A stretch of DNA of 64,000 nt from Octopus sinensis (Eukaryota). Position numbers and translations under genes: made by a program. Numbering within the stretch: the stretch's first letter is position 1; each line of letters starts with the position of its first letter. Below, piece after piece: positions 35,761 through 48,637 of the stretch. The notes below the pieces were generated by a model. The model ran no database searches. It saw nothing but the letters and a program-made list of their open reading frames with translations, and was not told where the DNA came from. The DNA lies in the NCBI RefSeq assembly GCF_006345805.1, contig NC_043009.1:62558001-62622000 (forward strand). The letters run 5' to 3'.

Positions 35761-37900
35761 GGCGACCTGTTGTGCTTGAGGAGACCTATTGAGTCAAGTA
35801 CATCAACATCAAATAAAAATCAAATGGAAATTGTAGTTGTGATACCTGTGCTGGTAGCACAAGCACCATCTGGCTTCTGTACCAGTGGAATGTAAAAAGT
35901 ACAAGTCGATTGTGACCGTTGCCAACCTCCCTTGGCACCTGTGCCGGTGGCACATAAAAAGCACCCACTACACTCATGGAGTGGTTGGCGTTAGGAAGGG
36001 CATCCAGCTGTAGAAACACTGCCAGATCAGACTGGAGCCTGGTGCAGCTTCCTGGCTTCCCAGACCCCGGACGAGCCATCCAACCCATGCTATCATGGAA
36101 AACGGATGTTAAACGATGATGATGATGATGATTTGACTTAAATACTGTCTTGGTTGTCAGGTCACCAATGATCACTTTGTCCTCCTACAGTTTATTGGTC
36201 AGCCTGAACAACCTGCCTTTTGGTTGTTTACAGATATGAAGTTTAACCATTTTAATAGCTAACTGCCTGAGACTGACCCTGGTTCTTAGATAAAAACTTC
36301 CCATTTTAATCTTTTAGCTTTTAAAACAGCCATAGCCAACCCATATATTTTGTCAAATTCGATGACTGGCATCCGTGCTAGTGGAGCACTAAGAGCATCA
36401 TCCAAGTGTGATCGTTGCCAGAGTGGCTAACTGGCATCCATGCCGGTGGCATGTAAAAAGCACCATTCGAGCGTGATCGTTACCAGCATCGCCTTACTGG
36501 CACTTGTGCCAGTGTGCAGGTGGCACGTAAAAAGAACACCATTTGGGTGTAGCCGTTGCCAGTACCACCTGACTGGCCCTCATGCCGGTGGCACATAAAA
36601 GCACCCACTACACTCTCGGAGTGGTTGGCATTAGGAAGGGCATCCAGCTGTAGAAACTCTGCTAGATCAGACTGGAGCCTGGTGCAGCCTCCTGGCTTCC
36701 CAGACCCCAGTCAAACCGTCCAACCCATGCCAGCATGGAAAACGGACGTTAAACGATGATGATGATGATGATGATCTTGTTTGTTGTTAACACGTTTCAG
36801 CTAATATACCCTCCAGCCTTCATCAGTTCCTCATCTCTTAAATATAGGACTTTATTCCAAAAATGTCTTATGGTGATTTGTACTAACTGTTTTCCCATTT
36901 AACAACATGCACTTGAACAGCCAACAACAGCTGCTAGAACATCACCAGAGGTTTGAATCTCTAAGATAATCCATGATTAATTCAAAACAATACGAATGAA
37001 TAATTATTACAATTGACAGAGTAATCTGAATGCTAAAGCGTTAGGGTGAAATCCCAGTCGTTCATTTAACACCCAACCAAGAAAATGATTATATATTATG
37101 GCTGTAATTCCATGGCTTGTCTGATAATAATTTATCTACAGATACTTCTCTGCCATACACAGTACATTTGCCATTCCCTGTCTTTACTATGGATGACCCT
37201 TAGCTCTTTCATCTGCCTTGCAATATTCTCATCTTCCGTCCTACCATACTTTACCTATCTTTAACTGACTTTACAGGCAACCTTAGCCATTTCCCATAAT
37301 GTTTCACTGCATATCATTAACTTCTGTTGAGACCAAACCAAGTCTTTAAAAAACTTCTTTTTTTTTGTACTTCAAGTAAAATTTTTTATTCAATTTTTTT
37401 TTAAAGCTAAGAAAATGATTTGAAATGAATGAAAAATAAAATAACTATTCCATTTTATTGTTGTCAAAGAGGCATATCATCATCACCATCATCATCATTA
37501 TTAGCAGATTCATTAGTACCTTAGAGAAAATGCCTTGTGGTATTTCTTCTGGCTCTCTGTGTTTTGATTTCAAATCCCAGTGAAAGTTAAGTGCCAGTGA
37601 AACACTGAGCTTGATGTAATCAACTAGTCCTCATAAATGTGAGGCCTTGTGCCTCTAGTAAAAAGGATTATGATTATTATTATTATTAAAGTGATGAGTT
37701 GGCAGGATTTTTTACATGCTGGGCAAAAATGCTTGGCAGTATTTTGTCTGTCTTTACGTTCTGAGTTCAAATTCTGCCAAGGTCAACTTTATCTTTCATC
37801 CTTTCAGAGTTGATTAATTAAGTACCAGTGAAACACTGGGGTCAATGTAATTGACTAGTCCCCTCCACACCACATTTCAGGCCTTGTGCCTTCAGTAGAA

Positions 37901-37935
<35 letters not shown>

Positions 37936-38158
37936 GGCAGTGAGGTGGCCGAATCATTAGCACGCCAGACAAAATGCTTAGCAATATTTCGTCCATCATT
38001 ACATTCTGGGTCCAAATTCTGCCAAGGTCAACTTTGCCCTTCATCATTTCAAGGTCAATAAAATAAGTACCAGTTGAACACTGGGAACAATATAATCCAC
38101 TTACCCCTCTCCCAGACTTGCTGGCTTTGAACCAAAATTTGAAACCATTCTTCTTATT

Positions 38159-38160
<2 letters not shown>

Positions 38161-38226
<66 letters not shown>
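38161..38226. repeat. (CAT)n microsatellite
   Basis: 22 uninterrupted CAT units. Confidence 0.95.
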
Positions 38227-38227
<1 letters not shown>

Positions 38228-39572
38228 GTTATTTATATTAATTTGTAGTGAATAGCAGAATCAGTAGAAAACCAAATATTTAGCTGTCTCTTTTAAAATC
38301 CTCTCAGAATCATTTAAAATAAAGTACCAGTAAATTATTGGGGCCATTTTCATCAACTAACCCTTTCCTTCAAATTGTGGCCTTGTGCTTATGTTAGAAG
38401 CAATTGATTCTTAATCCTTAATGGTTAATAAAGAAATTATTATTACTATTATTGTTATTATTATTATTATTTTTTTTTTCAAAGAGAGTTAAGTGGGGGA
38501 TTAGCTGACCAAATCATTAGCACTCCAGACAAAATGCCTTGTGATATTTTGTCTGTCCTTATTTTCTGAATCCAAATTCCACCAAGGTCCATTTTTCCTT
38601 CTGCCCTTTCAGGTTTGATAAAACAAGTACCAGTTGCGTAGTGGGGCTTGATGTAATCAACTATCCCATCCTTGCAAAATTTCTGGCCTTGTGCCTAAAG
38701 TAGAAAGGATTATTTCCAAACAGAGTAGTGGAATGATAGAATCAATAGAGCCACAGGCAAAATGCCTTTATGGTATTTCTTTTGACCCTGTATGATGTGG
38801 GTTTAATCCCACTAAGACCAAGTTTGTCTTTCATCCTTTTAGGGTCAATAAAATGAAGTGTCAGTCAAGTGCTGGGGTTGGTCATTATCAACCAAGCCCT
38901 TTCTCCAAATTTCAAGCCTTGTGCCTATGCTAGAAAGAATTAGTATTGGTTTCAAATTTTGGCACAAGGCCAGCAATTTCAGGGGATGGTGTAAGTCAAT
39001 TACAGCAACCCTAGTGCTCGACTGGTACTTTTTTATCGACCCCAAAAGAAAGAAAGGCAAAGTCAACCTCGGTGGAAATTGAACTCAAAACATGAAGATG
39101 GACAAACTGCCACAAAGCATTTTGCCCAGCGTGATAACAATTCCGCCAGCTCACTGCATTGGAAAGAATTATTCTTATCAGTTGTTAGACATTTCTATAT
39201 TTCTCAATAAAATATGATTAATAAATCCCGTGCCGGTGGCACGTTAAAAGCTCCAACTGATCGTGGCCGATGCCGGACCCCCCTGGCACCTGTGCAGGTG
39301 GCACGTAAAAAGCACCCACTACACTCGCAGAGTGGTTGGCGTTAGGAAGGGCATCCAGCCGTAGAAACACTGCCAGATCAGACTGGGCCTGATGCAGCCT
39401 TCCGGCTTCACAGACTCCAGTTGAACCGTCCAACCCATGCTAGCATGGAAAACAGACGTTAAATGATGATGATGATGATGATGATGATGAAATGGAATGC
39501 AACTAAATGAAAATTCTTATTTGTATGTTTTGTTTCTTTACTATTTATAATGTTTCTTTTTGTTTGTTGTAG

Positions 39573-40264
39573 AAAAAGGCAAAGGTAAATTTAAAACTGC
39601 CTGCTGCATCCCTTACTTTGTGATAGCGATGTTGGTGTTTGTCTGTTTCTGTATCTCTTTGTATCTTATCGTGAAGAACGGCACCAAGAACACGTCGATA
39701 AATGCAGCAACAATCACTCTGTTCAGTATAGTCGTCTTGTCTTTCATTATGAACATCCGTACGTGGGGACGCGCTTTGCTATCGCTGACTGTATCACAGA
39801 AGAAACGGGTCATTCGAGCTGCCGACCAACTCGATCTGCTGAAGATGGACGGGTTCATGCAGAAATTGAAGCACGAAGTTGATCTCATGAGTAAAATGGT
39901 CCTCTGCTTAGATTCATTCACTGGAACTCAAACCAGACTTGTAGTTATCGTCGACGGCCTCGACAGCTGTGAGCAGGGCAAAGTACTGAGTGTGCTGGAC
40001 ACAGTCAAGACTTTGTTCTCCGACGACAACTCTCCATTTATCACCATTCTAGCTGTCGATCCTCATATCATCATCAAAGGAATCGAGCAGAATCTTCGAG
40101 TGTCTGTTCTGGACTCCAATGTTCATGGTTACGACTACCTTAGAAACATTGTACATTTACCATTCTTCCTACAGAGTCAGGGATTACGGATCCAGAAAAG
40201 GGACTCACTACTTTTCAGCTCATTCAGTACGGCTGATTACGCAGATTCTCCAGGAAAACTTAAG
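39573..40264 (+). CDS. KIDINS220: KIDINS220 exon 17 (TM3-TM4, Walker B region)
   Basis: tag|KKGKGKFKTACCIPYFVIAMLVF...RLVVIVDGLDSCEQGKVL...DPHIIIK...GYDYLRNIVHLPFFL...SPGKLK|gtaatt; 692 nt. Confidence 0.96.
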
Positions 40265-40520
40265 GTAATTCTTCATCTGGTTTCACAATTTTGGTTTTCT
40301 TTGTTGGAATGAGTGTGTATGTGTCTAAGTAAGGAACTAGCAGGAGTTAATGGCTGTGTGAAGGATCAGGCAATGCATGAGGGCAACAGTGGCTTTAACA
40401 ATGCTCTCTTTACAGAAATGGTGTTATGAACAATATTATGTATGTATGTATATAACTAAATATATTCTGACAATAAATACATATATACAAACACACTCAC
40501 ACACACACACACATATATAT

Positions 40521-40703
40521 GGCGATTTTTTTCCTCTGTCTTCCCTTCTCGGGATCTTTCCTTCTCCTATGTTTCCGACGAAAAGCTCCACTCGAAACAT
40601 TAAACCCTCCTTCTTCCCTTCTTTCCTGAGCTTCCAATAATACTTTATTTGTTCCACGTCCTCGCGTTGCTGTGTTTTTTTGTGTTTTCTTGTTTGGATT
40701 AAC

Positions 40704-40704
<1 letters not shown>
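40521..40704 (+). repeat. 184-bp hammerhead-bearing unit, second copy
   Basis: Homologous to 28488-28671; hammerhead at 40571-40605 has stem II/III mismatches. Confidence 0.8.
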
Positions 40705-40757
<53 letters not shown>

Positions 40758-40758
<1 letters not shown>

Positions 40759-40971
40759 GAGGGTGTGCTGAAAAGTTCCTGGCTCTGGGTAAAAGAAAAT
40801 ACAGGAGGAATTGGTTATGATTTTATTCAACATAATCCTCTCTCAGATTCACACACAAATTGCAGCAGTCCTTCAGTTTTTCTAAGCCCTTCAAAAGAAC
40901 TCAGAAAGTTGCACCTCCAACCAGGCCTTTCACAATACCCTTAAAACCAGGAACTTTTCAGCACCTCCTTG
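40758..40971. mobile_element. mariner-type MITE (sister of 30549)
   Basis: TA|TGAGGGTGTGCTGAAAAGTTCCTGG...CCAGGAACTTTTCAGCACCTCCTTG. Confidence 0.75.
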
Positions 40972-41229
40972 TGTGTGTGTGTGGTGTGTGTGTGTGTGTG
41001 TATTCTTTATTTGTGAATTAAGGCTACCATTGGTTTTATGTTAAGAAGAGTGGGAAAAATACATGTGTGTGTGTATGTAAATAAATCTATAAATATGTAA
41101 AATAAGTAAAAAAAATCTATTTCTCCACTAATTGATGAATAAATGTCTGAATTTATAAACCTATCATACTCCACACTTGCTTTGTACAACATTATTTAAA
41201 TTCTATCATTCCTCTTTTTTGGTGTGCAG

Positions 41230-41410
41230 CATCAGGAACCAGCAGAATCAAAACTGAAGAAGCTCAAACAATGGCGTACAGCCAGTCTCCAACTGTCCAA
41301 CACAACCACCTCAACTTTTGATCTTTCACACACTTTGGTTAAAAATGATTACTTCAGTGATATCAACCCTCGAAGCATGCGACGCTTATTAAACATCGTT
41401 GCAGTTACAG
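41230..41410 (+). CDS. KIDINS220: KIDINS220 exon 18
   Basis: cag|HQEPAESKLKKLKQWRTASLQLSNTTTSTFDLSHTLVKNDYFSDINPRSMRRLLNIVAVT|gtgagc; 181 nt. Confidence 0.93.
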
Positions 41411-41474
41411 GTGAGCATCTGGTGCTGTGGTGGCTAGAATGACTCTCGTCAAGGGAAGAACAAATGTGCTTTAA

Positions 41475-42521
41475 CTCTTTAGCATTTAAACTAGCAGTAT
41501 ATGTATCTACCTAAATATTCTACCTGTTTTATATTCAACCTGGCCAGATCTGGCCTCTCACACTTACCCTACAATATCATTCTAAAAATCAACAGATAGG
41601 TGTAGGAGCAGCTATGTGGTAAGTAGCTTGCTTACCAACCACATGGTTCTGGGTTCAGTCCCACTGCATGGCACCTTGGGCAAGTGTCTTCTACTATAGC
41701 CTTGGGCCAACCAAAGCTTTGTGAGTGGATTTGGTAGACGGAAACTGAAAGAAGCCCATCGTATATATGTATATATATATGTGTGTGCGTGTATGTTTGT
41801 GTGTCTGTCCCCCTAGCATTGTTTGACAACCGATGCTGGTGTGTTTACGTCCCCGTCACTTAGCGGTTCGGCAAAAGAGACCGATAGAATAAGTACTGGG
41901 CTTACAAAAGAATAAGTCCCGGGGTCGAGTTGCTCGATTAAAGGCGGTGCTCCAGCATGGCCGCAGTCAAATGACTGAAACAAGTAAAAGAGTAAAGAGA
42001 TAGGTGTAGGAGCAGCTATGTGGTAAGTATCTTGCTTACCAACCACATGGTTCTGGGTTCAGTCCCACTGCATGGCACCTTGGGCAAGTGTCTTCTACTA
42101 TAGCCTCGGGCCAACCAAAGCTTTGTGAGTGGATTTGGTAGACGGAAACTGAAAGAAGCCCATCGTATATATGTATATATATGTAAGTGTGTGTATATGT
42201 TTGTGTGTCTGTGTTTGTCCCCCCAATATCACTTGACAACCGATGCTGGTATGTTTACATCCCCGTAACTTAGCGATTCGGCTAAAGATATTGATAGAAT
42301 AAGTACTAGGCTTACAAAGAATAAGTCCTGGGGTGGATTTGCTCGACTAAAGGCAGTGCTCCAGCATGGCCACAGTCAAATGACTGAAACAAGTAAAAGA
42401 ATAAAAAGAAAAGAAAGATACCTCATAAAAATCTGAAAGCTCTAAGACAATGCAAGATTAATTCAAAACAAAGGGAATAAAGAAAAATTACTTTTGACAG
42501 AATAATCTGAATGCTAAAGGG
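41475..42521 (+). mobile_element. piggyBac-type MITE (family P2) interrupted by two SINEs
   Basis: TTAA|CTCTTTAGCATT...AATGCTAAAGGG; SINE copies 41599-41997 and 42003-42415 bounded by AGATA direct repeats. Confidence 0.75.
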
Positions 42522-42768
42522 GTCAATAGAAAGCTGTGTAGTTCTGTCGGTGTGTAGTCCTAGGTCTTGACTCCTCGGGTTGGTTTCTATGGTGCTTCAG
42601 TGACTAAAATCACAACATTCTCTGGAGTTACTTATTTACAGTCAAGTGGACTTGAACAATGTGAAATGAAGTGTCTTGCTCAAGAACACATCACACTGCC
42701 AGTCTGGGAATTGAAACCACGACCTAATGATTGTGAGTACAACACCCTAACCATTTGTGCCACACCCC

Positions 42769-42802
<34 letters not shown>

Positions 42803-42803
42803 A

Positions 42804-42850
<47 letters not shown>

Positions 42851-43155
42851 GTATATATATGTATGTATATATATATACACACACTGCGTAAAGAAGTTTG
42901 AACTGCTTCCCTTGTGAGTAATCCAGTACCTTAATCTTACAATTCCTGTGTCTCGTTATCCTGTCTTCTCTCATTTACTTCCAGATCAATATTTGTAATT
43001 AATTAGTAGCTTATATTTTTTATTAGCTTATATTGTTTGTATATATATATACATACATATATGTATGTATATATATATTCACACATATATATATATATAT
43101 ATATACACATACATATATATATGTATGTATATATATATACACACACACACACACA

Positions 43156-43388
43156 CAGAGGGTTGGTCAAAAGTCACCTGACAGTAAATCAAAACCATTT
43201 CATTCCAAGATTTATGTTTAACAAGTGAATGAATTTAATAAAAGCATCTAAATATGAAATATCGTGAAAATTGTTCAAACTGAATTCCTTCATGAGCGAC
43301 AAATTTTTCCATTTGAGTCAACACAGAATTACAGATAGTATTTATGGAAGTTTCATGTAGTGTCAGGTGACTTTTGACTATGAGTGTC
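43156..43388. mobile_element. Tc1/mariner-like MITE
   Basis: Perfect 18-bp inverted repeat GTCAAAAGTCACCTGACA (43166-43183) / TGTCAGGTGACTTTTGAC (43361-43378). Confidence 0.6.
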
Positions 43389-44156
43389 CAGTTGCTCAGT
43401 CAGCTGGACAGTAACATAATCAACAACATAATAATAATAAACTTATTGTGTACAGTGGAGGTGCAATGGCCCAGTGGTTAGGGCAGCGGACTCGCGGTCC
43501 TAGGATCACGGTTTCCATTCCCAGACTGGGCGTTGTGAGTGTTTATTGAGCGAAAACACCTAGAGCTCCATGTGGTGCTGAACCCTGCTGTACTCTTTCA
43601 CCACAACTTTCCCTCACTCTTTCTTCCTGTTTCTGTTGTACCTTGTATTTCAAAGGGCCGGCCTTGTCACACTCTGTGGAGTGCTCAGCCACTTGCACGT
43701 TAATTTCACAAGTAGGCTGTTCCATTGATCAGATCAACTGGAACCCTCGTCGTCGCAACCGAGAGAGTGCTAGTCTCAATTATGTACAGTGTTCAGGTGC
43801 ACCACAACTCGTTAGAAAAAGTAGCCAAAAGAGCATGGGCAATAGACAGAATATGCACTGGAGGTGAGTAGTGAATTAACCATTTAAAAGGAAAGGGACA
43901 TCAGGTGTATTGTTGGCGAATTTTAGGAAGCATGGCAACACTAGCAACTGTCTCAGAAACACTGACAACAAAGGTGACACATTTAACAACCCCTTAGCAA
44001 CATTAAACAACACATTGGCAACAGCATCTGCAGTGCTTTAACAATGGCACATAAATAACCGTAACACCTTAACTGCATTAACTACAATCATTTTCTATTG
44101 GTTTCCAGCTGTTTCTAAAGAACTGAAATATTGAACTTTCTTCTCTTCCAATACAG

Positions 44157-44319
44157 GACGTCTTCTCCGAGCATATGGTATAGAATTTAGTTGGTACCGC
44201 CTTGCCGCATGGATCAATTTGGTGGAACAGTGGCCTTATCATGCCTCATGGGTAATTCTAGAGTTTGAAGATACAGAAAACATGGACGACTCAACAACAT
44301 TGATTTCTATTTACAAAAA
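44157..44319 (+). CDS. KIDINS220: KIDINS220 exon 19
   Basis: cag|GRLLRAYGIEFSWYRLAAWINLVEQWPYHASWVILEFEDTENMDDSTTLISIYK|gtaagt; 163 nt. Confidence 0.95.
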
Positions 44320-45126
44320 GTAAGTAATTGATGTGTAGGCTATAATTCTGTATTTAACTGTGTCAAGATAGGAAGAAATATTTTAAGCCGCATCATTTCT
44401 CGTTGTGAAGGCACATAGCTTAGTGGTGAGGTTATTAAGCTTACGATCATATAGTCATGAGTTCAATTCCCAGTGACGTGTTATGTCCTTGAGCAAGGCT
44501 CTTTATTTCACGTTGCTCCAGTCCACTCAGCTGGCAAAAATGAGAAGTACCTGTATTTCAAAAGGGCCAGCCTTGTCGCACTCTGTGTCATGCTGTATCT
44601 CCCTGAGAAGTACATTAAGGGTACGCGTGTCTGTAGAGTGCTCAGCCACTTGCACATTAATTTCATAAGCAAGCTGTTCCATTGATCTGATCAACTGGAA
44701 CCCTTGTCATAACCGACAGGGTGCCAGTTTATGTCCCATCAAACTGCTCCTCCTCTTTTGTCCACCACTCACTACATTCACTTCTGCCCCTTACTTACCC
44801 CCTCCTGATCTGCTGCCTGTATCACCCAGCTCTGGGTTAATCATTGAGCAAAATAAGCACATGTTTTGGGCATGAAGGCAGAGGTGGGGGCACATCACAG
44901 AAATGGTAAAAGGTCTACGGCACAAAAGAAATCACTTTAAATTTGCTAAAATAATATTCAGCATGTACCAGAAGTTTGAACTGCTCCCCTTGTGAGTAAT
45001 CCAGTACCTTAATCTTACAATTCCTGTGTCTCATTATCCTCTCTTCTTTCATTTACTTCCAGATCAATATTTGTAATTAGTAGCTTATATTTTTTATTAG
45101 CTTATATTGTTTTCTGTCTTCCTCAG

Positions 45127-45314
45127 AGTTGCAAACAAAATTCCAACATCCCGTGACATTGATCCTCTACTTGAAATTGACAAAGATGTCCGGAAACTGG
45201 AGGTTTTTCTTGCTAATTCCAATCGAAACCAACCAATTTTGAATGTTGGGGATCTGAAGAAATTCTTGCCATGTACCATTAATTTAGACCCTTACTTAAG
45301 AAAACTTATTCGAG
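45127..45314 (+). CDS. KIDINS220: KIDINS220 exon 20
   Basis: cag|KVANKIPTSRDIDPLLEIDKDVRKLEVFLANSNRNQPILNVGDLKKFLPCTINLDPYLRKLIR|gtttgt; 188 nt. Confidence 0.95.
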
Positions 45315-46162
45315 GTTTGTACTGATCTGTCTTTATCATATAACATGTTGTAGTCCTTGTAGTTATCTTGTCACACAGACATATAGAAGATGTGGCTAAT
45401 TGGCTTACAAAAAAATATTTAAATTATTCAGAGCATTAAATCACTTCGCTATTCTCTGCGAATGCCAAGGTAATTAATGGAAAAAGTTCTGTCAGCTTAG
45501 AATTATTTTTATACAGATGTGCCTGAGATGATTTTTGTTGGAGCAACTGTTTTTACTGTTGGGTACCCTTTCTGCTGTAATCCATTGGATTGTGAACTTG
45601 AAGTAGTCCTTGATTTGTCTGTCAAGAAATTGGAACAAATGGAGTGTGGTGCTTTATTCATGGGCTTAACACAATAGCATGGAAGCATCACATTGTGGTA
45701 ACTTCCAAAAGATCAACTGCATCACGGCAACTTCCAGTGTCACTGATTTCTAACTATTCATCTCTTTCAACAACATCTTAACTGTACAACCATTGTGCTG
45801 TATATTTCAATATATAAACTCAATCTCAGTGGGAAACATCATCAGTTTTTATGGTCTCAGTACATCAGCTTTTGTATCAGTCTCTGGTTTTATAAGCAAA
45901 ACTTAATGGATGAAAAAACTAAACATTTCTTAACCCTTTTGTTACCATATTTCTGTTGAGATGCTCTGTGTTTCCTCCAATTAATTTTAAATTTAACAAA
46001 GAATTTAGTAAAATATAAATCAACTTACCCACTCCCGTGAAATTGCTGGCCTTGTGCCAAAATATGAAATCATTTTTTCTAGCCTTATCTACTTCAAGTT
46101 CCACCATTAAAAATATGAAATATTGAACTTTTTTAAGGATTTATATTTTGTTTATATTTCAG

Positions 46163-46482
46163 AAACTAAAAAAAATATGGATCTTCAACGATCTGAATAT
46201 TCTTATAATTCCATTTATCCTGTAATACCTTCCGGCCCTTCACCAGCACCGTCATTAATTGGTCCTCGGGGAGATGGAGACCTTGGTCTGCGAGGTTTAT
46301 ATCCTACTGTCTTACCTTCCTCAGCATCAAATCGTTTCATGGCGCCATGTAATCAACCTATTCCAATGCCTCATCCTACCATGTTTACAACCTCATCTGG
46401 TTCATATCTAATATCACAGCCAGCAGCCCCGCACCAGATACCACGTCCACATCAATTGACGATTCCACCAATATTGCCAAAG
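46163..46482 (+). CDS. KIDINS220: KIDINS220 exon 21 (Pro-rich)
   Basis: cag|ETKKNMDLQRSEYSYNSIYPVIPSGPSPAPS...HQLTIPPILPK|gttaga; 320 nt; phase 1 to 0. Confidence 0.88.
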
Positions 46483-47234
46483 GTTAGAACAACTTTTTTT
46501 TCATTCATAACAAAGAATTTGTTAGTTTCAGAGGGTGTTGGTACCGGCCTAGTTACAGAGCAAAAGGGTGAAACCAGACTATTTCTCTATTTCAATAGCA
46601 GAAGGTAATACAGGATGTAGTTAGAAATATCTCATGAATATTTTGGTAAAGAATAATAATAATAATAATAATAAGATAGGCGCAGGAGTGGCTGTGTGGT
46701 AAGTAGCTTGCTTACCAACCACAAGGTTCCGGGTTCAGTCCCACTGCGTGACGCCTTGGGCAAGTGTCTTCTACTATAGCCTCGGGCCAACCAAAACCTT
46801 GTGAGTGGATTTGGTAGACAGAAACTGAAAGAAGCCCATCATATATATATAGACTACACTCACGGAGTGGTTGGCGTTAGGAAGGGCATCCAGCTGTAGA
46901 AACACTGCCAGATAAGACTGGAGCCTGGTACAGCCTTCTGGCTTCCCAGATCCCCGGTCGAACCGTCCAACCCATGCTAGCATGGAGAACGGACGTTAAA
47001 CGATGATGATGATGATGTATGTGTGTATATGTTTTGGTGTCTGTGTTTGTCCCCCCCAACATCACTTTTTGGCAAAAAAGACCGATAGAATAAGTACTAA
47101 GCTTACAAAGAATAAGTCCTGGGGTCGATTTGCTCGACTAAAGGCAGTGCTCCAGCATGGCCACAGTCAACTGACTGATACAAGTAAAAGAGTAATAATA
47201 ATAATAATAATAATAATGATAATAACACCAAGAA

Positions 47235-47545
47235 CATCCATTGTTGTCCACAATGACCAAGGACATTGCATGGAAGAAAACAGGTCACGATATGTCCGGC
47301 AATGGCCAATTAATCCACTGTGTGTTCAGAAGGTCAGACAGTGGTGGTCTGTTGGGACTGAAGGCAACAAGATGGCTCTGGACTTGCACAGCTCACATTT
47401 TCTTTATGCTTCTGTGATCCTGTTCTGGCACTTCTGTTGATGCAACCTCACCTGACAAGGTGGTCTTCTGCTTGCGTTTCCCAGGTGCCAAGGTTGGTCT
47501 CAAAGCTCTTCAGTGAGGCTTTAAGTGTATCCTTGAATAGAAAGG
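47235..47545 (-). mobile_element. Decayed RTE (BovB-like) C-terminal fragment
   Basis: FKDTLKASLKSF...TWETQAED; remnant Cys/His tail. Confidence 0.6.
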
Positions 47546-48135
47546 ACTGCAGCGGTCCTTTATATTTTATTAATTAGTACTTTTAATAAGAATAACGAAC
47601 TGAAGACAATTAGTGTTTCTATAGAATTACAAAGCTGAGTTTCATCCAAATCAAGTGTAACAATGACAGCGTTATTTGTCATCCATTTACTGCAAGATTG
47701 AAACTTACCATCTTAGAATTTCATTTAGACCAACCCAGAGGAAGATGTGGCTGTGTGGGTAAGAAGCCTGCTTTCCAACCGTAAGGTCTTGGGTTCAGAT
47801 CCACTGTGCAGCACTTTGGATGTCTTCCACTATAGCTCAAGGCCAAACAAAGTACATCATGTGTGTGTATGTATGTGTGTGTGTGTGTGTGGTGTGTGTG
47901 TGTGTGTTTGCCACCCACAGGGGTTTCACAATTGGTGTTTGCTTGTTTACATCCCCATAACTTAACAGATTAGCAAAAGTCACCAATAGAATAAGTACCG
48001 GGCTTAAAAAAAGAAATATGTACTGGGATCAATGTGTTCAAGTAAACCCTTCAAAGCAGTGCCCCAACATGGCCACAGTCACATGACTGAAACAAGTAAA
48101 AGAAGATAATGATTCAAAAACAATGACTCCATTAA

Positions 48136-48355
48136 CCCTTTTGTTACCATTATTTCTGTTGAGATACTCTGTGTTTCTTTCAATTACTTAAAATATAACA
48201 AAGAATTTAGTAAAATAACTTAGTTATCATTCAGCTAGTGTTAGGAACATAAATTGTGACTAAGGTTTTGTGGAAGATTTTAATTCAGAACTTTTGAAAA
48301 CAAGACATTTATACTCAGAGCCAGAGGAGTTTCAGGTGAATTGTTATCAAAAGGG
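48136..48355 (+). mobile_element. Single piggyBac-type MITE (family P1)
   Basis: TTAA|CCCTTTTGTTACC...ATCAAAAGGG|TTAA; a truncated copy also lies at ~45934-46012. Confidence 0.85.
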
Positions 48356-48637
48356 TTAAACTTTTAAGACTTACAATAAGCTGACCATGAAATAACAGCA
48401 GAAAATGTTTTGGGGTTAAATTGATCAAGTGCTATTCCAGGAAGGAATTATATGCAAATATAGATATTTTCCAAAAAAAATGTCCCACATATGACAAATA
48501 ATAAAACCTTAGTGAAATAAAACACCCGTTTATTTATCATATTTTACAATGAGAAGTAAGTTGAAGAGACAACTGTTGATCTTTTTTTTTTATGTAAGTG
48601 TTTGTCCTAACAAATGTTTTGTATTTCTCTTTGTCAG

